Virus record (IMG/VR): IMGVR_UViG_3300049042_000218
Location: 1-30,475 of that record
Direction: 5' to 3' (one strand)
Origin: a virus
Lineage: Duplodnaviria > Caudoviricetes
Length of the DNA: 30,475 nucleotides
Positions 8,317-16,567 of this stretch are shown piece after piece. Position numbers and translations under genes: made by a program. A model generated the notes under the pieces. It saw only the letters and a program-made list of their open reading frames with translations. It had not been told where the DNA came from and searched no databases. Within the stretch, counting starts at the first letter, position 1. The number at the start of each line of letters is the position of its first letter.

Positions 8317-8325
8317 CGGCTCCCA

Positions 8326-8393
8326 CATCGAACCCGGAGCGCGCCACCCGGAACCGCACAGCGGTCACCACGGGCGCCGCCACCACGTCGATG
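8326..8393 (+). promoter_or_regulatory. Structured cis-RNA element in capsid leader with duplicated internal loops
   Basis: Nested stems CATCGA/TCGATG, GCGCGCC/GGCGCCGC, ACCGC/GCGGT separated by two identical ACCCGGA/CACCACG loops. Confidence 0.7.
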
Positions 8394-8432
8394 ACCACAC
8401 ACCACAACCCACATCCCGAAAGGACGTGACCC

Positions 8433-9716
8433 ATGGACATTCGTTCCCATGTGATCGCGCTCAACGAGGACCGTGCCCGTGTCGTCGAACAGCTTCGCAG
8501 CGAACTCGACTACACCGCCGGCCGTGAGCGCAGCGCCGAGGAGAGCCAGAAGATCGCCCGCCTCGACGCCCGCATCGACGAGATCGACGCCGAAGTGCGC
8601 GAGTTCGTCGCCCGCGAGACCCGCGAGCAGGAAGCCGCCGCCCTCCGTCAGCAGACGCTGTCGGTGTTCGGTGAGGCCCGCACCGCCCGCAACGACAAGA
8701 CCGAAGCCGACGCCTTCCGCCAGTGGCTGACCCACCGCAACGGCGACTTCGAGATCGACATCCAGCGCGCCATGAAGGAGCGCCAGATGCTGCGCGCCGG
8801 TGCCTCGCCCGAGGAAATCCGTGCCCTCGCCTGGGACGCCACCAGCGGCTCGCTGGTCGTGCCGACCACGATGGCCCGCAGCCTGTTCGACCTCCTCGAG
8901 GCCAACATCGCAGCGTTCCGCATCGGCGCCACCGTGATGAACACCTCGACCGGTGAGAACATGCAGCTGCCGAAGCTGACGACCCACGGCATCGCCACCC
9001 AGGTCAGCGGTCAGGGCACCACCCTTGCCGGTTCCGACCCGGTGATGGGCCGCGTCAACCTCAACACCTACAAGTACGGCCAGCTCGTGCGTGTCTCGAA
9101 CGAACTCGTCACCGACGCAGCGTTCGACATCTCGTCCTGGCTCGGTGGTGACCTCGGCTACAGCCTCGGTCGCGTGATCGACGCCGACCTCGTCGTCGGC
9201 ACCGGCACCAACGAACCGACCGGCATGACCGTGCTGGCTGGCGCTGGCACCAACGCCCCGATCAAGACCGGCGGCTCGCTCATCGCGCCGTCGGTGGAGA
9301 AGTTCATCGACCTGCAGTACTCGGTGGCGGACAGCGTCCGTCAGCGTGGCTCGTGGCTGATGAACGACAGCGTCGCCGGTTCGATCCGCAAGCTGCGTGA
9401 CGGCGCCGGTGGCACCGTCGGTGCCTTCCTGTGGGAGCCGTCGGTGTTCAACGGCATCCAGGGCGGCCAGCCCGACCGGTTCCTCGGCAACCCTGTCTTG
9501 ACCGACACGAACTGCGCCGCTGCCGGCTCCAACGCCATCCTCGCCACGTTCGGTGACTTCTCCGAGTACGTCATCCGCACCGTCGGCAACCCGGTCATCG
9601 AGTCGGACGCCTCGCGCTACTTCGACACCGACGAGACCGGGTTCCGTGGCAAGTGGAGGGTCGGCGGCAACCATCGCCAGGTCGGCTACCTCAACACGCT
9701 CATCCAGAACGTGTGA
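8433..9716 (+). CDS. HK97-fold major capsid protein with N-terminal delta (scaffold) domain
   Basis: GAAAGGA RBS; coiled-coil N-terminus, GSLVVPT, KYGQLVRVSNELVTD, LRKLRDG-like IRKLRDG, FGDFSEY. Confidence 0.97.
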   Translation: MDIRSHVIALNEDRARVVEQLRSELDYTAGRERSAEESQKIARLDARIDEIDAEVREFVARETREQEAAALRQQTLSVFGEARTARNDKTEADAFRQWLTHRNGDFEIDIQRAMKERQMLRAGASPEEIRALAWDATSGSLVVPTTMARSLFDLLEANIAAFRIGATVMNTSTGENMQLPKLTTHGIATQVSGQGTTLAGSDPVMGRVNLNTYKYGQLVRVSNELVTDAAFDISSWLGGDLGYSLGRVIDADLVVGTGTNEPTGMTVLAGAGTNAPIKTGGSLIAPSVEKFIDLQYSVADSVRQRGSWLMNDSVAGSIRKLRDGAGGTVGAFLWEPSVFNGIQGGQPDRFLGNPVLTDTNCAAAGSNAILATFGDFSEYVIRTVGNPVIESDASRYFDTDETGFRGKWRVGGNHRQVGYLNTLIQNV

Positions 9717-9721
9717 CCTTC

Positions 9722-9868
9722 CCAGCCCTCGCGGCTGGACGATCCCCAGGCAGGGGGACGCCCTCGGAAACCTCCTCCAGGGTTTCCGAGGGCAATACCT
9801 GCCACATCCCCAAGCGGCACCGGCCGGCGGCACACGTTGTCGTCGGCCGGTCCCGTTTCACCCCTGCC
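9722..9868 (+). promoter_or_regulatory. Multi-hairpin intergenic RNA structure after capsid gene (attenuator/stability element)
   Basis: Hairpins 9722-9738, 9760-9793 (13 perfect bp) and 9812-9858; GGCAGGGG 9749-9756 can pair with either 9798-9803 or 9861-9868. Confidence 0.6.
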
Positions 9869-9883
9869 CAGGAGAACCAATCA

Positions 9884-10132
9884 ATGCCTGTTCACGAGGT
9901 TCCTCGCGGCCAGCTCGCCCTCGAGCTGCGCCGCATCGCCCGCACCGAACACGTCGTCACCGTCACACAAGACGGCGACATGTTCGTCATCGTCACCGAA
10001 CCCGGTGCACCGATCGAAACACGTCTCGGTGCGGCCACCCACCAAGCCCGTGTCGGCATCGCGTGGGACCGAGACCCGCTGCTGCACAGCTTCATCACCG
10101 ACCACATCGTCATCGACGAGGTGAACCAGTGA
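9884..10132 (+). CDS. Hypothetical protein (82 aa)
   Basis: AGGAGA RBS before ATG 9884; stop overlaps the GTG of the glycosyltransferase. Confidence 0.7.
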   Translation: MPVHEVPRGQLALELRRIARTEHVVTVTQDGDMFVIVTEPGAPIETRLGAATHQARVGIAWDRDPLLHSFITDHIVIDEVNQ

Positions 10133-12036
10133 AGATCCTGCTGCACTCCAACTCGGCCACCGTCAAGACCGGCTACGGCGTCCAGATCGCACTGCTCGCC
10201 GACCGTCTCGCCGACGACGGCCACCAGATCGCCATCTCGGCAACCTACGGCGCACCCGCCGCCACCGGCCTCACCACCTGGACATCACCTCGAGGACACA
10301 AAATCCCGGTGTACCCGTCGTGGTTCCTCGTGTCCGGCGACGACGTCATCTGCGCCCACGCGAAACAGTTCTTCGGCAGCGACGAAGGCTGGATCATCCC
10401 GCTGCTCGACGTCTGGTCGTTGACCACACCGAACCTTGCCGAGTTCAACGTCGCCGCCTGGGCGCCCGTCGATCACGACCCGGTGCCGAACATGGTGCTG
10501 CGGTTCTTCGAACGATCGAACGCCCGCTGCATCGCCATGTCCAAGCACGGCCTCGGCGAGTTCACCACGCACGACCTGACCCCGGCGTACATCCCGCTCG
10601 CAGTCGACACCAAGGTCTACAAGCCGACGTTCACCGCGACGATCGACGGACGCCAGGTGACCGGCCGCGAGTTCCTGCAGATCGACGACCGGGCGTTCGT
10701 GGTCGGCATGGTCGCCATGAACAAAGACCCGAACGATCGCAAAGGTTTCGCCGAAGCGTTCCAAGCGTTCAGCCGGTTCCACAAACAGCACCCGAACTCG
10801 ATCCTGCACATCCACTCGGAGAAGTCCGGCACCGCTGGCGGCGTCAACCTGCCAGAACTGGCTGCGATGGCCGGCATCCCCGAGAAGGCGATCCGCTACA
10901 CGAACCAGTACGCCTACATGATCGGGTTCCCGCCCGAGCTGATGGCCCTGATGTACACGGCGTTCGACGTGCTGCTCGCCCCGTCCAGGGGGGAGGGGTT
11001 CGGTGTGCCGCTCATCGAAGCTCAGGCGTGCGGCGTGCCGGTCATCACGTCGGCGTTCACCGCGCAACAGGAGCTGGTCGGCAACGGCTGGCTCGTGTCC
11101 GGCCAGTTGAACTGGGACGGCCCTTCGCGCTCCTGGTATCAGACACCAAACGTGTTCGAGATTGAACGAGCACTTGAGAAGGCGTACGCAGCCGACCTCG
11201 CCGAGATGCAGGACGACTGCGTCCAGTTCGCCGCCCAGTACGACGCCGACCACGTCTACGCCACCTACTGGCGCCCGTATCTGGCAACGCTCAACCTTGA
11301 GCCGCCAGCGACGAAGCCGATCATGGACGACGTCGCAGTGCTCGTCCCGGCAATGAACCGGCCGCAGAACGTGCAACGGCTCGTCGAGTCGTTCAACCGC
11401 AGCAACGACGGCACCGCCAACCTGTACTACATCCTCGACGAGACCGACGCCGATCAGATCGCAGCCGTCGAACAGGCCGGTGCACGCTGGCTGCCCGCCC
11501 GTCGCGGCACCTCGTACGCCTGCAAGAACAACGAAGGCTTCGACCAGACCGTCGAGTCGTTCGTGTTCCTCGCCGGCGACGACGTCGAGTTCACACCCGG
11601 CTGGATCGACGCAGCCCGCCGCCTGTCCGACCGCTACGACGTGATCGGCACCAACGACAGCGAACCGGGCCGCACCCGCAACCCGCTGGTGGCAGCCGGC
11701 AAACACGCCGACCACTTCTTCGTCCGCCGTTCCCACGTCGTCGAGCAAGGCACCTCGCTCGAGGGGCCGGGCATCCTGTGCCCGGAGGCGTACTACCACT
11801 GGTACTGCGACAAGGAAATGATCCAACTCGCCAAGGCCCGAGGCGTGTTCACACCCTGCCTTGATTCGGTCGTCATCCACCACCATCCCGGCTACGACGG
11901 ACGCGACGACCTGCGAGCCAAGGACGCCACCTACATGCGGGCCGTCGAGTTCTCCGAAATGGACGAGATCGCATTCAAGCGCCGGGCCGGCCTGATCGAA
12001 CAGCACCAGATCGTCAAGAAGGACATCTGGTCGTGA
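10129..12036 (+). CDS. Fused glycosyltransferase: GT4 (GT-B) N-terminal plus GT2-like (GT-A) C-terminal domain
   Basis: Start GTG MKILLHSN...TGYG; PSRGEGFGVPLIEAQACGVPVI (EX7E); second domain VAVLVP...FLAGDDVEF; ORF-track start 9553 is an over-extension. Confidence 0.9.
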   Translation: MKILLHSNSATVKTGYGVQIALLADRLADDGHQIAISATYGAPAATGLTTWTSPRGHKIPVYPSWFLVSGDDVICAHAKQFFGSDEGWIIPLLDVWSLTTPNLAEFNVAAWAPVDHDPVPNMVLRFFERSNARCIAMSKHGLGEFTTHDLTPAYIPLAVDTKVYKPTFTATIDGRQVTGREFLQIDDRAFVVGMVAMNKDPNDRKGFAEAFQAFSRFHKQHPNSILHIHSEKSGTAGGVNLPELAAMAGIPEKAIRYTNQYAYMIGFPPELMALMYTAFDVLLAPSRGEGFGVPLIEAQACGVPVITSAFTAQQELVGNGWLVSGQLNWDGPSRSWYQTPNVFEIERALEKAYAADLAEMQDDCVQFAAQYDADHVYATYWRPYLATLNLEPPATKPIMDDVAVLVPAMNRPQNVQRLVESFNRSNDGTANLYYILDETDADQIAAVEQAGARWLPARRGTSYACKNNEGFDQTVESFVFLAGDDVEFTPGWIDAARRLSDRYDVIGTNDSEPGRTRNPLVAAGKHADHFFVRRSHVVEQGTSLEGPGILCPEAYYHWYCDKEMIQLAKARGVFTPCLDSVVIHHHPGYDGRDDLRAKDATYMRAVEFSEMDEIAFKRRAGLIEQHQIVKKDIWS

Positions 12037-12833
12037 GGCGCCCACTGATCATCGACGTGTTCCCGTTCAACAACGAACTCGACATGCTGCAATGCCGCCT
12101 CGAGGAGATGGCTCCGGCGGTCGACTTCTTCATCGCGATCGAAGCCGACGTCGACCACCAGGACCATCCGAAGCCGTTCCACCTGACCGACAACCTGTCC
12201 CGCTTCGACGCCTGGTCGGACAAGCTGATCGTCATCAGGGCGACCGGGATGCCGACCGCCGCCGACGACCCGGACCCGTGGGCCCGTGAGCTCGCCCAAC
12301 GCGAGTACGCGATGGAAGGGCTCCGCAAGATCAACGACATCGTCACCCTTGCCGATGACGACATCGTCTTGCACGGCGATGTCGACGAGATCTGTCGGGC
12401 CTTGCATGTCCGCAACGTCCGACCTCGAGACCGGTTCGTCACCTTTGAGCAGCGGCTGCACTGTTTCGCAGTCGACTGGCTGCACCCCGACCCGTGGGGT
12501 GGCACCGTCGCCGCCACGTTGAAGGGCTTGGGTTCGCTCGGGCAGTGGCCGTTCCAGAAACTGCGGAACACCCGCAACGCCAACATCCCGATCCGTGACG
12601 CCGGCTGGCACCTGTCCTGGCTTGGCGGCAAGGACGCTGCCCTCGCCAAACTCGGATCGTTCTGCCATCCCGAGATCGCCGACCGCACCCTTGTCGGGCT
12701 GACCTCGGACCTGTACCTGCGCGAAGGGTTCCATGTCGACGGCCGCCGGATGAAACCGGTCGACGTCGACGACACATGGCCGAAGATGATCGCCGAGCGG
12801 CGCTGCCCGGAAGTGTGGTTCCGTCCGCGATGA
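12033..12833 (+). CDS. GT17-family (GnT-III-like) glycosyltransferase
   Basis: IDVFPFNNELDML..RLEE...VDFF...E; W.RE..QR; DDIVLHGDVDEI; AGWHLSWLGG. Confidence 0.85.
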   Translation: MRRPLIIDVFPFNNELDMLQCRLEEMAPAVDFFIAIEADVDHQDHPKPFHLTDNLSRFDAWSDKLIVIRATGMPTAADDPDPWARELAQREYAMEGLRKINDIVTLADDDIVLHGDVDEICRALHVRNVRPRDRFVTFEQRLHCFAVDWLHPDPWGGTVAATLKGLGSLGQWPFQKLRNTRNANIPIRDAGWHLSWLGGKDAALAKLGSFCHPEIADRTLVGLTSDLYLREGFHVDGRRMKPVDVDDTWPKMIAERRCPEVWFRPR

Positions 12834-13906
12834 ACTTCTTCACCGAGAACTGGTTCCACCACGCATCCTGCGACCGGCTCGCCCAGCTCGGCCGACAGGT
12901 CGAACACGTACCCGGCATGATCATCGAGATCGGGTCATGGGAAGGCCGCTCCACCAGCGTCCTGGCGAACGCGATCCGACCCCGGATCGTGCACGCCGTC
13001 GACACCTGGCAGGGTTCGCCCGGCGAGATCTCGTCGGACCTCGCTGCCGAACGTGACGTGTACGCCACGTTCCAACGCAACATGGACGCCCTCACCGGCG
13101 GAAACGTGACCCCGCACAGGTGCGGCTGGCGTGACTTCTTCGTCGACCACACCGAACAGATCGCCCTCGTGTTCATCGACGCCGAACACACCTATCGGGA
13201 AGTGTTCGACACCATCCAGACCGTCCTGCCCTACATGGCGCCCGGTGGTGTCATCTGCGGTGACGACGCACACCACCCGCCCGTAGCGAAAGCAGTGATG
13301 GAACTGTTGCCGAACGACGAGCTGCTGCAAGGCGGCAACGTGTGGTCATGGACCAAGCCGACCCTGCGGCAACAGTACGAACGGCTCTGCGCAACACCGT
13401 CGGACATCTACCTGCACCTGCCACGCATGGTCGAACTGGTCAAGTCCGGCAACTGCACCAAGGTGCTCGAGCTGGGCACCCGCACCGGTGTCTCCACGAT
13501 CGCTTGGCTGCACGCCCTCGAGCAGACCGGCGGCCACCTGTGGTCAGTCGACATCGACACTCAACCGGCGATCGGCAGCCACCCGCACTGGACGTACATC
13601 CAAGGCGACGACATGGATCCGACCGTTCAGGCGCAGCTGCCAGAACCGTTCGACATCGTCTTCCTCGACACGTCGCACCACTACCGGCACACCAAGGCCG
13701 AACTCGACCGCTACCAGCACATGGTGCGACCGGGCGGTCTGATCGTCTGCCACGACACCGAACTTCCAATCCCCGAAGGCGCACCGGCCGGCGATCCGAC
13801 CTACCCGGTGAAACGTGCCATCGAGGAGTTCGTCAGCATCACCGGCTACCGCTGGTTCAACTTCCCCGACTGTTGGGGGCTCGGCATCATCGAGGTGAAA
13901 CCATGA
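12830..13906 (+). CDS. Tandem class I SAM-dependent methyltransferase (two Methyltransf_24-like domains)
   Basis: EIGSWEGRST...VDTW...FIDAEHTY...GGVICGDD and ELGTRTGVST...SVDID...FLDTSH...GGLIVCHD; ATG 12830 coupled to GT17 stop. Confidence 0.88.
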   Translation: MNFFTENWFHHASCDRLAQLGRQVEHVPGMIIEIGSWEGRSTSVLANAIRPRIVHAVDTWQGSPGEISSDLAAERDVYATFQRNMDALTGGNVTPHRCGWRDFFVDHTEQIALVFIDAEHTYREVFDTIQTVLPYMAPGGVICGDDAHHPPVAKAVMELLPNDELLQGGNVWSWTKPTLRQQYERLCATPSDIYLHLPRMVELVKSGNCTKVLELGTRTGVSTIAWLHALEQTGGHLWSVDIDTQPAIGSHPHWTYIQGDDMDPTVQAQLPEPFDIVFLDTSHHYRHTKAELDRYQHMVRPGGLIVCHDTELPIPEGAPAGDPTYPVKRAIEEFVSITGYRWFNFPDCWGLGIIEVKP

Positions 13907-14526
13907 CGTTGACGAACTCGTACGCCACGATGGCAATGCTCAAGGCCGAGCTCAACATCGGACAGGCCGACACCTCGTACGACACCAAGTTGGAGATGGC
14001 GCTCAACGCCGCCTCACGCCAGATCGACCGGCACTGCGGCCGCCGCTTCTGGCAAGACCCTGCGGTCGTGCAGCGTGAGTACTACGCCGACAACGCATAC
14101 GACTGTTTCACCGACGACATCTCGACCACGACCGGGCTGGTCGTCAAGGTCGACGACAACGACGATGGAACCTACGCGACGACGCTGACGATCACGACGA
14201 ACTACATCCTGCTGCCACGCAACGCCGACCATGAGGTTCCCGATCTGCCGTTCACGCAGATCCGCCTCGTCGACTCCGGGATCACGGCGTTCCCGATCTG
14301 GTCATCTGGCCGGCCCGGCGTGCGCGTGACCGCCAAGTTCGGATGGCCCGCAGTTCCCGACGACGTCGAAAAGGCCTGCCTGATCCAGGCAACCCAGTTG
14401 TTCAAGGCGTCCGATGCAGTGTTCGGCGGCCTCAACTTCGACGGGTCGATCCTGCGTGTCCGAGAGACGTTGAACCCGATGGCCGCCGCCCTTGTCGAGT
14501 TCTACGTCAAGCCGAGGGTCGCATGA
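13903..14526 (+). CDS. Head-tail adaptor (gp6/gp15-like)
   Basis: YAT...LKAEL...AASRQIDRHCGRRF, GWPAVPDDVEKACLIQA motifs. Confidence 0.88.
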   Translation: MTLTNSYATMAMLKAELNIGQADTSYDTKLEMALNAASRQIDRHCGRRFWQDPAVVQREYYADNAYDCFTDDISTTTGLVVKVDDNDDGTYATTLTITTNYILLPRNADHEVPDLPFTQIRLVDSGITAFPIWSSGRPGVRVTAKFGWPAVPDDVEKACLIQATQLFKASDAVFGGLNFDGSILRVRETLNPMAAALVEFYVKPRVA

Positions 14527-14933
14527 CCACCATCGCCGAGGTGCGCGCCGACCTCGTCAACGTCCTCGAGACGATCCCCGGATGGTCGACAGCGAACGGT
14601 TACATCGGCGACCAGCTCAACACGTACAGCTTCAAGGTCGGCCGCCCAGCGTTCGACCCTCGGATGGTGTTCTCGCAAGCCAAAGCGGTGCACCAGTTCA
14701 CCGTCACCGGCTACGCACCACGCGCCACACCCGAGCTGTCCGAGGCAGCGTTGGATGCGCTGTGCGAACTGTCGGGGGAGGGGTCGCTGATCGCCGCCGT
14801 GCAGACCGGGTCGAACTGGTCGGTGACCGTCGACTATGCGGTGGTCACCAACTGCGGCGAAGTGCAATCAGTCACATGGATCGACGGCGTTGAATACCTC
14901 GCCGTCCAGTTCACGATCGAGGTCTGCTGGTAA
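14523..14933 (+). CDS. Tail terminator / head-tail joining protein
   Basis: IAEVRADL..LETIPG...YLAVQFTIEV; position between adaptor and tube genes. Confidence 0.7.
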   Translation: MTTIAEVRADLVNVLETIPGWSTANGYIGDQLNTYSFKVGRPAFDPRMVFSQAKAVHQFTVTGYAPRATPELSEAALDALCELSGEGSLIAAVQTGSNWSVTVDYAVVTNCGEVQSVTWIDGVEYLAVQFTIEVCW

Positions 14934-15649
14934 TGGCATTCGTAGCGTCTCTCAACAGCCGTCTGTTCGTCGGTTCCGCAAGCTGGGCCTCATACGCTCG
15001 AGGCTTCACCTACAGCGACGACACCGCCATGCTCGACGTCACCACCCTGGCGGACACGTCGAAGCAGTACGTGCCCGGCCAGCGCACCGGCACCGTGTCG
15101 CTCGACCTGCTGCTCGACACTGTCGCCGCAGCCGGCGGCGAGTTCGCCACACTGAACACCTGGAAGGGCACGCCGCAGGTGCTGTCGCTCGCACCGTCGG
15201 GCACCGCCCGCAGCGCCGAGACATGGCTGCTGCAAGCCAACCAGTCCAACGCCACCGTCACCAGCCCGGTCGCCGATGTCGTCACCGCAGCCGTGTCGAT
15301 CCAATGCGACGGCGGCGTCGACGCCGGTGTCGTCCTCGACCCGACCACAGCGATCACCACCACCACGTCATCAACGTCGGTCGACAACAGCGCCGGCACC
15401 AGCAACGGCGGCGTCGCCCACCTGCACGTCACCGCCTTCTCGGGTCTGACGTCGGACACGATCACCATCGAGCACTCGACGAACAACTCGACGTGGTCGA
15501 CGCTCGGCACGTTCACCGCCGTCACCGGCACCACCGCCGAACGTCTCGTGATCGCGGCAGGCACCACCGTCAACCGCTACCTGCGCGTCACCGACACCAT
15601 CGTCGGCGTCGGCTCGTGCACCCGTTTCGTCAGCTTCGCCCGACGCTGA
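14933..15649 (+). CDS. Tail-tube-like protein with C-terminal beta-sandwich extension
   Basis: LDVTTLAD...YVPG...GTVSLD tube motif; additional ~105 aa Thr-rich domain. Confidence 0.7.
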   Translation: MAFVASLNSRLFVGSASWASYARGFTYSDDTAMLDVTTLADTSKQYVPGQRTGTVSLDLLLDTVAAAGGEFATLNTWKGTPQVLSLAPSGTARSAETWLLQANQSNATVTSPVADVVTAAVSIQCDGGVDAGVVLDPTTAITTTTSSTSVDNSAGTSNGGVAHLHVTAFSGLTSDTITIEHSTNNSTWSTLGTFTAVTGTTAERLVIAAGTTVNRYLRVTDTIVGVGSCTRFVSFARR

Positions 15650-15687
15650 CCCACCCTTCTCCCACCACCCACACCTAGGAGACTCAC

Positions 15688-16101
15688 ATGGCATTCAAGG
15701 CCGGCACCACATCGGCGTTCTACCTGGCGAACGCTGCAGGCGCACTCCAGAACCTGTCGTCGTACGCCGACAACCTGTCCTTCCCGCAGTCCACCGACCA
15801 GCTCGACGTGTCGACGTTCGGTTCGGCATCAAAGGGCTTCATCCCCGGCCTGCAGGACGGCGACACCTACACGATGTCGGGCCCGTACGACGTCGTCGTG
15901 CACACCCAGCTCACCACCGCCAAGTCGGCCGGCTCGCTGCTCGGCTTCATCTTCGGTCCTGGCGGCTCGGTCTCGGCACAGGCCCGCACCGCAGGCTCGG
16001 TGTACGTCGCCCAGTACTCGGTGTCCACCGCTGTCGGTGGCCGCGTGGAGTACTCGGCGTCGCTCCAGGTGACCGGCGCTGTCTCCAACGGCACGTTCTG
16101 A
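15688..16101 (+). CDS. Major tail tube protein
   Basis: LDVSTFG...FIPGLQDG...SG.YD...VEYSASLQVTG; own AGGAGA RBS with C/A-rich leader like that of the capsid gene. Confidence 0.8.
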   Translation: MAFKAGTTSAFYLANAAGALQNLSSYADNLSFPQSTDQLDVSTFGSASKGFIPGLQDGDTYTMSGPYDVVVHTQLTTAKSAGSLLGFIFGPGGSVSAQARTAGSVYVAQYSVSTAVGGRVEYSASLQVTGAVSNGTF

Positions 16102-16102
16102 C

Positions 16103-16564
16103 TTGAACGATCTGGCCTCGCTCGAGCGTCGCATCGCGATGCTGCAACGAGAGTTCTCGGGCGAGGCCGGTCGTCGACGACTCAACGTCGTCGCAGGCCA
16201 GACGAAAAAGGATGTCGACGAAGCGGTCATCAACGACCTGGGCGACCAGTCGATGTCAGGTTGGCGTCGCAAGAAGCCGGTCAAGATCGCCGGCCGCTAC
16301 GACATCGTCTCCGATCACGAGATCAAGATCCGGCCCAACAGCCAGGGCCACATGGCCGTGTTGGAGAAGGGCCGCAACGCTGGCAAGTCACGGCCCACGC
16401 CACAGTTCAACAAGCGTGGCAAGCAGACCCGCCGGTCGAAATGGAACGGGCGCACGTCAGGCAAGCAGACGTGGTCGGATGCGACGCATCTGATGCAACA
16501 GCGTGTTCCTGGTCGCGTCGACAAGCAAGTGCAGAAGGCAATCGGGAAATTCTTCAAGGGGTGA
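16103..16564 (+). CDS. HK97 gp10-like tail completion/neck protein
   Basis: Basic ~150 aa protein with AVLEKG motif; start uncertain (TTG 16103 or ATG 16139). Confidence 0.55.
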   Translation: MNDLASLERRIAMLQREFSGEAGRRRLNVVAGQTKKDVDEAVINDLGDQSMSGWRRKKPVKIAGRYDIVSDHEIKIRPNSQGHMAVLEKGRNAGKSRPTPQFNKRGKQTRRSKWNGRTSGKQTWSDATHLMQQRVPGRVDKQVQKAIGKFFKG

Positions 16565-16567
16565 GTC

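Noticed and set aside
9553-10128. Capsid frameshift fusion to the 82 aa protein or the glycosyltransferase (both alternative frames are open)
   Set aside because: No slippery sequence near the capsid stop, the translations are low-complexity, and both downstream genes have their own RBS
8217-12907. Long minus-strand ORFs (8217-9833, 10285-12045, 12014-12907 and similar elsewhere)
   Set aside because: Antisense shadows of GC3-rich genes; no motifs or RBS
10129-13906. DNA modification or Gtr-type serotype conversion cassette
   Set aside because: No base-hydroxymethylase or DNA MTase motifs, no flippase or membrane GT, and it lies in the structural operon; not formally excluded
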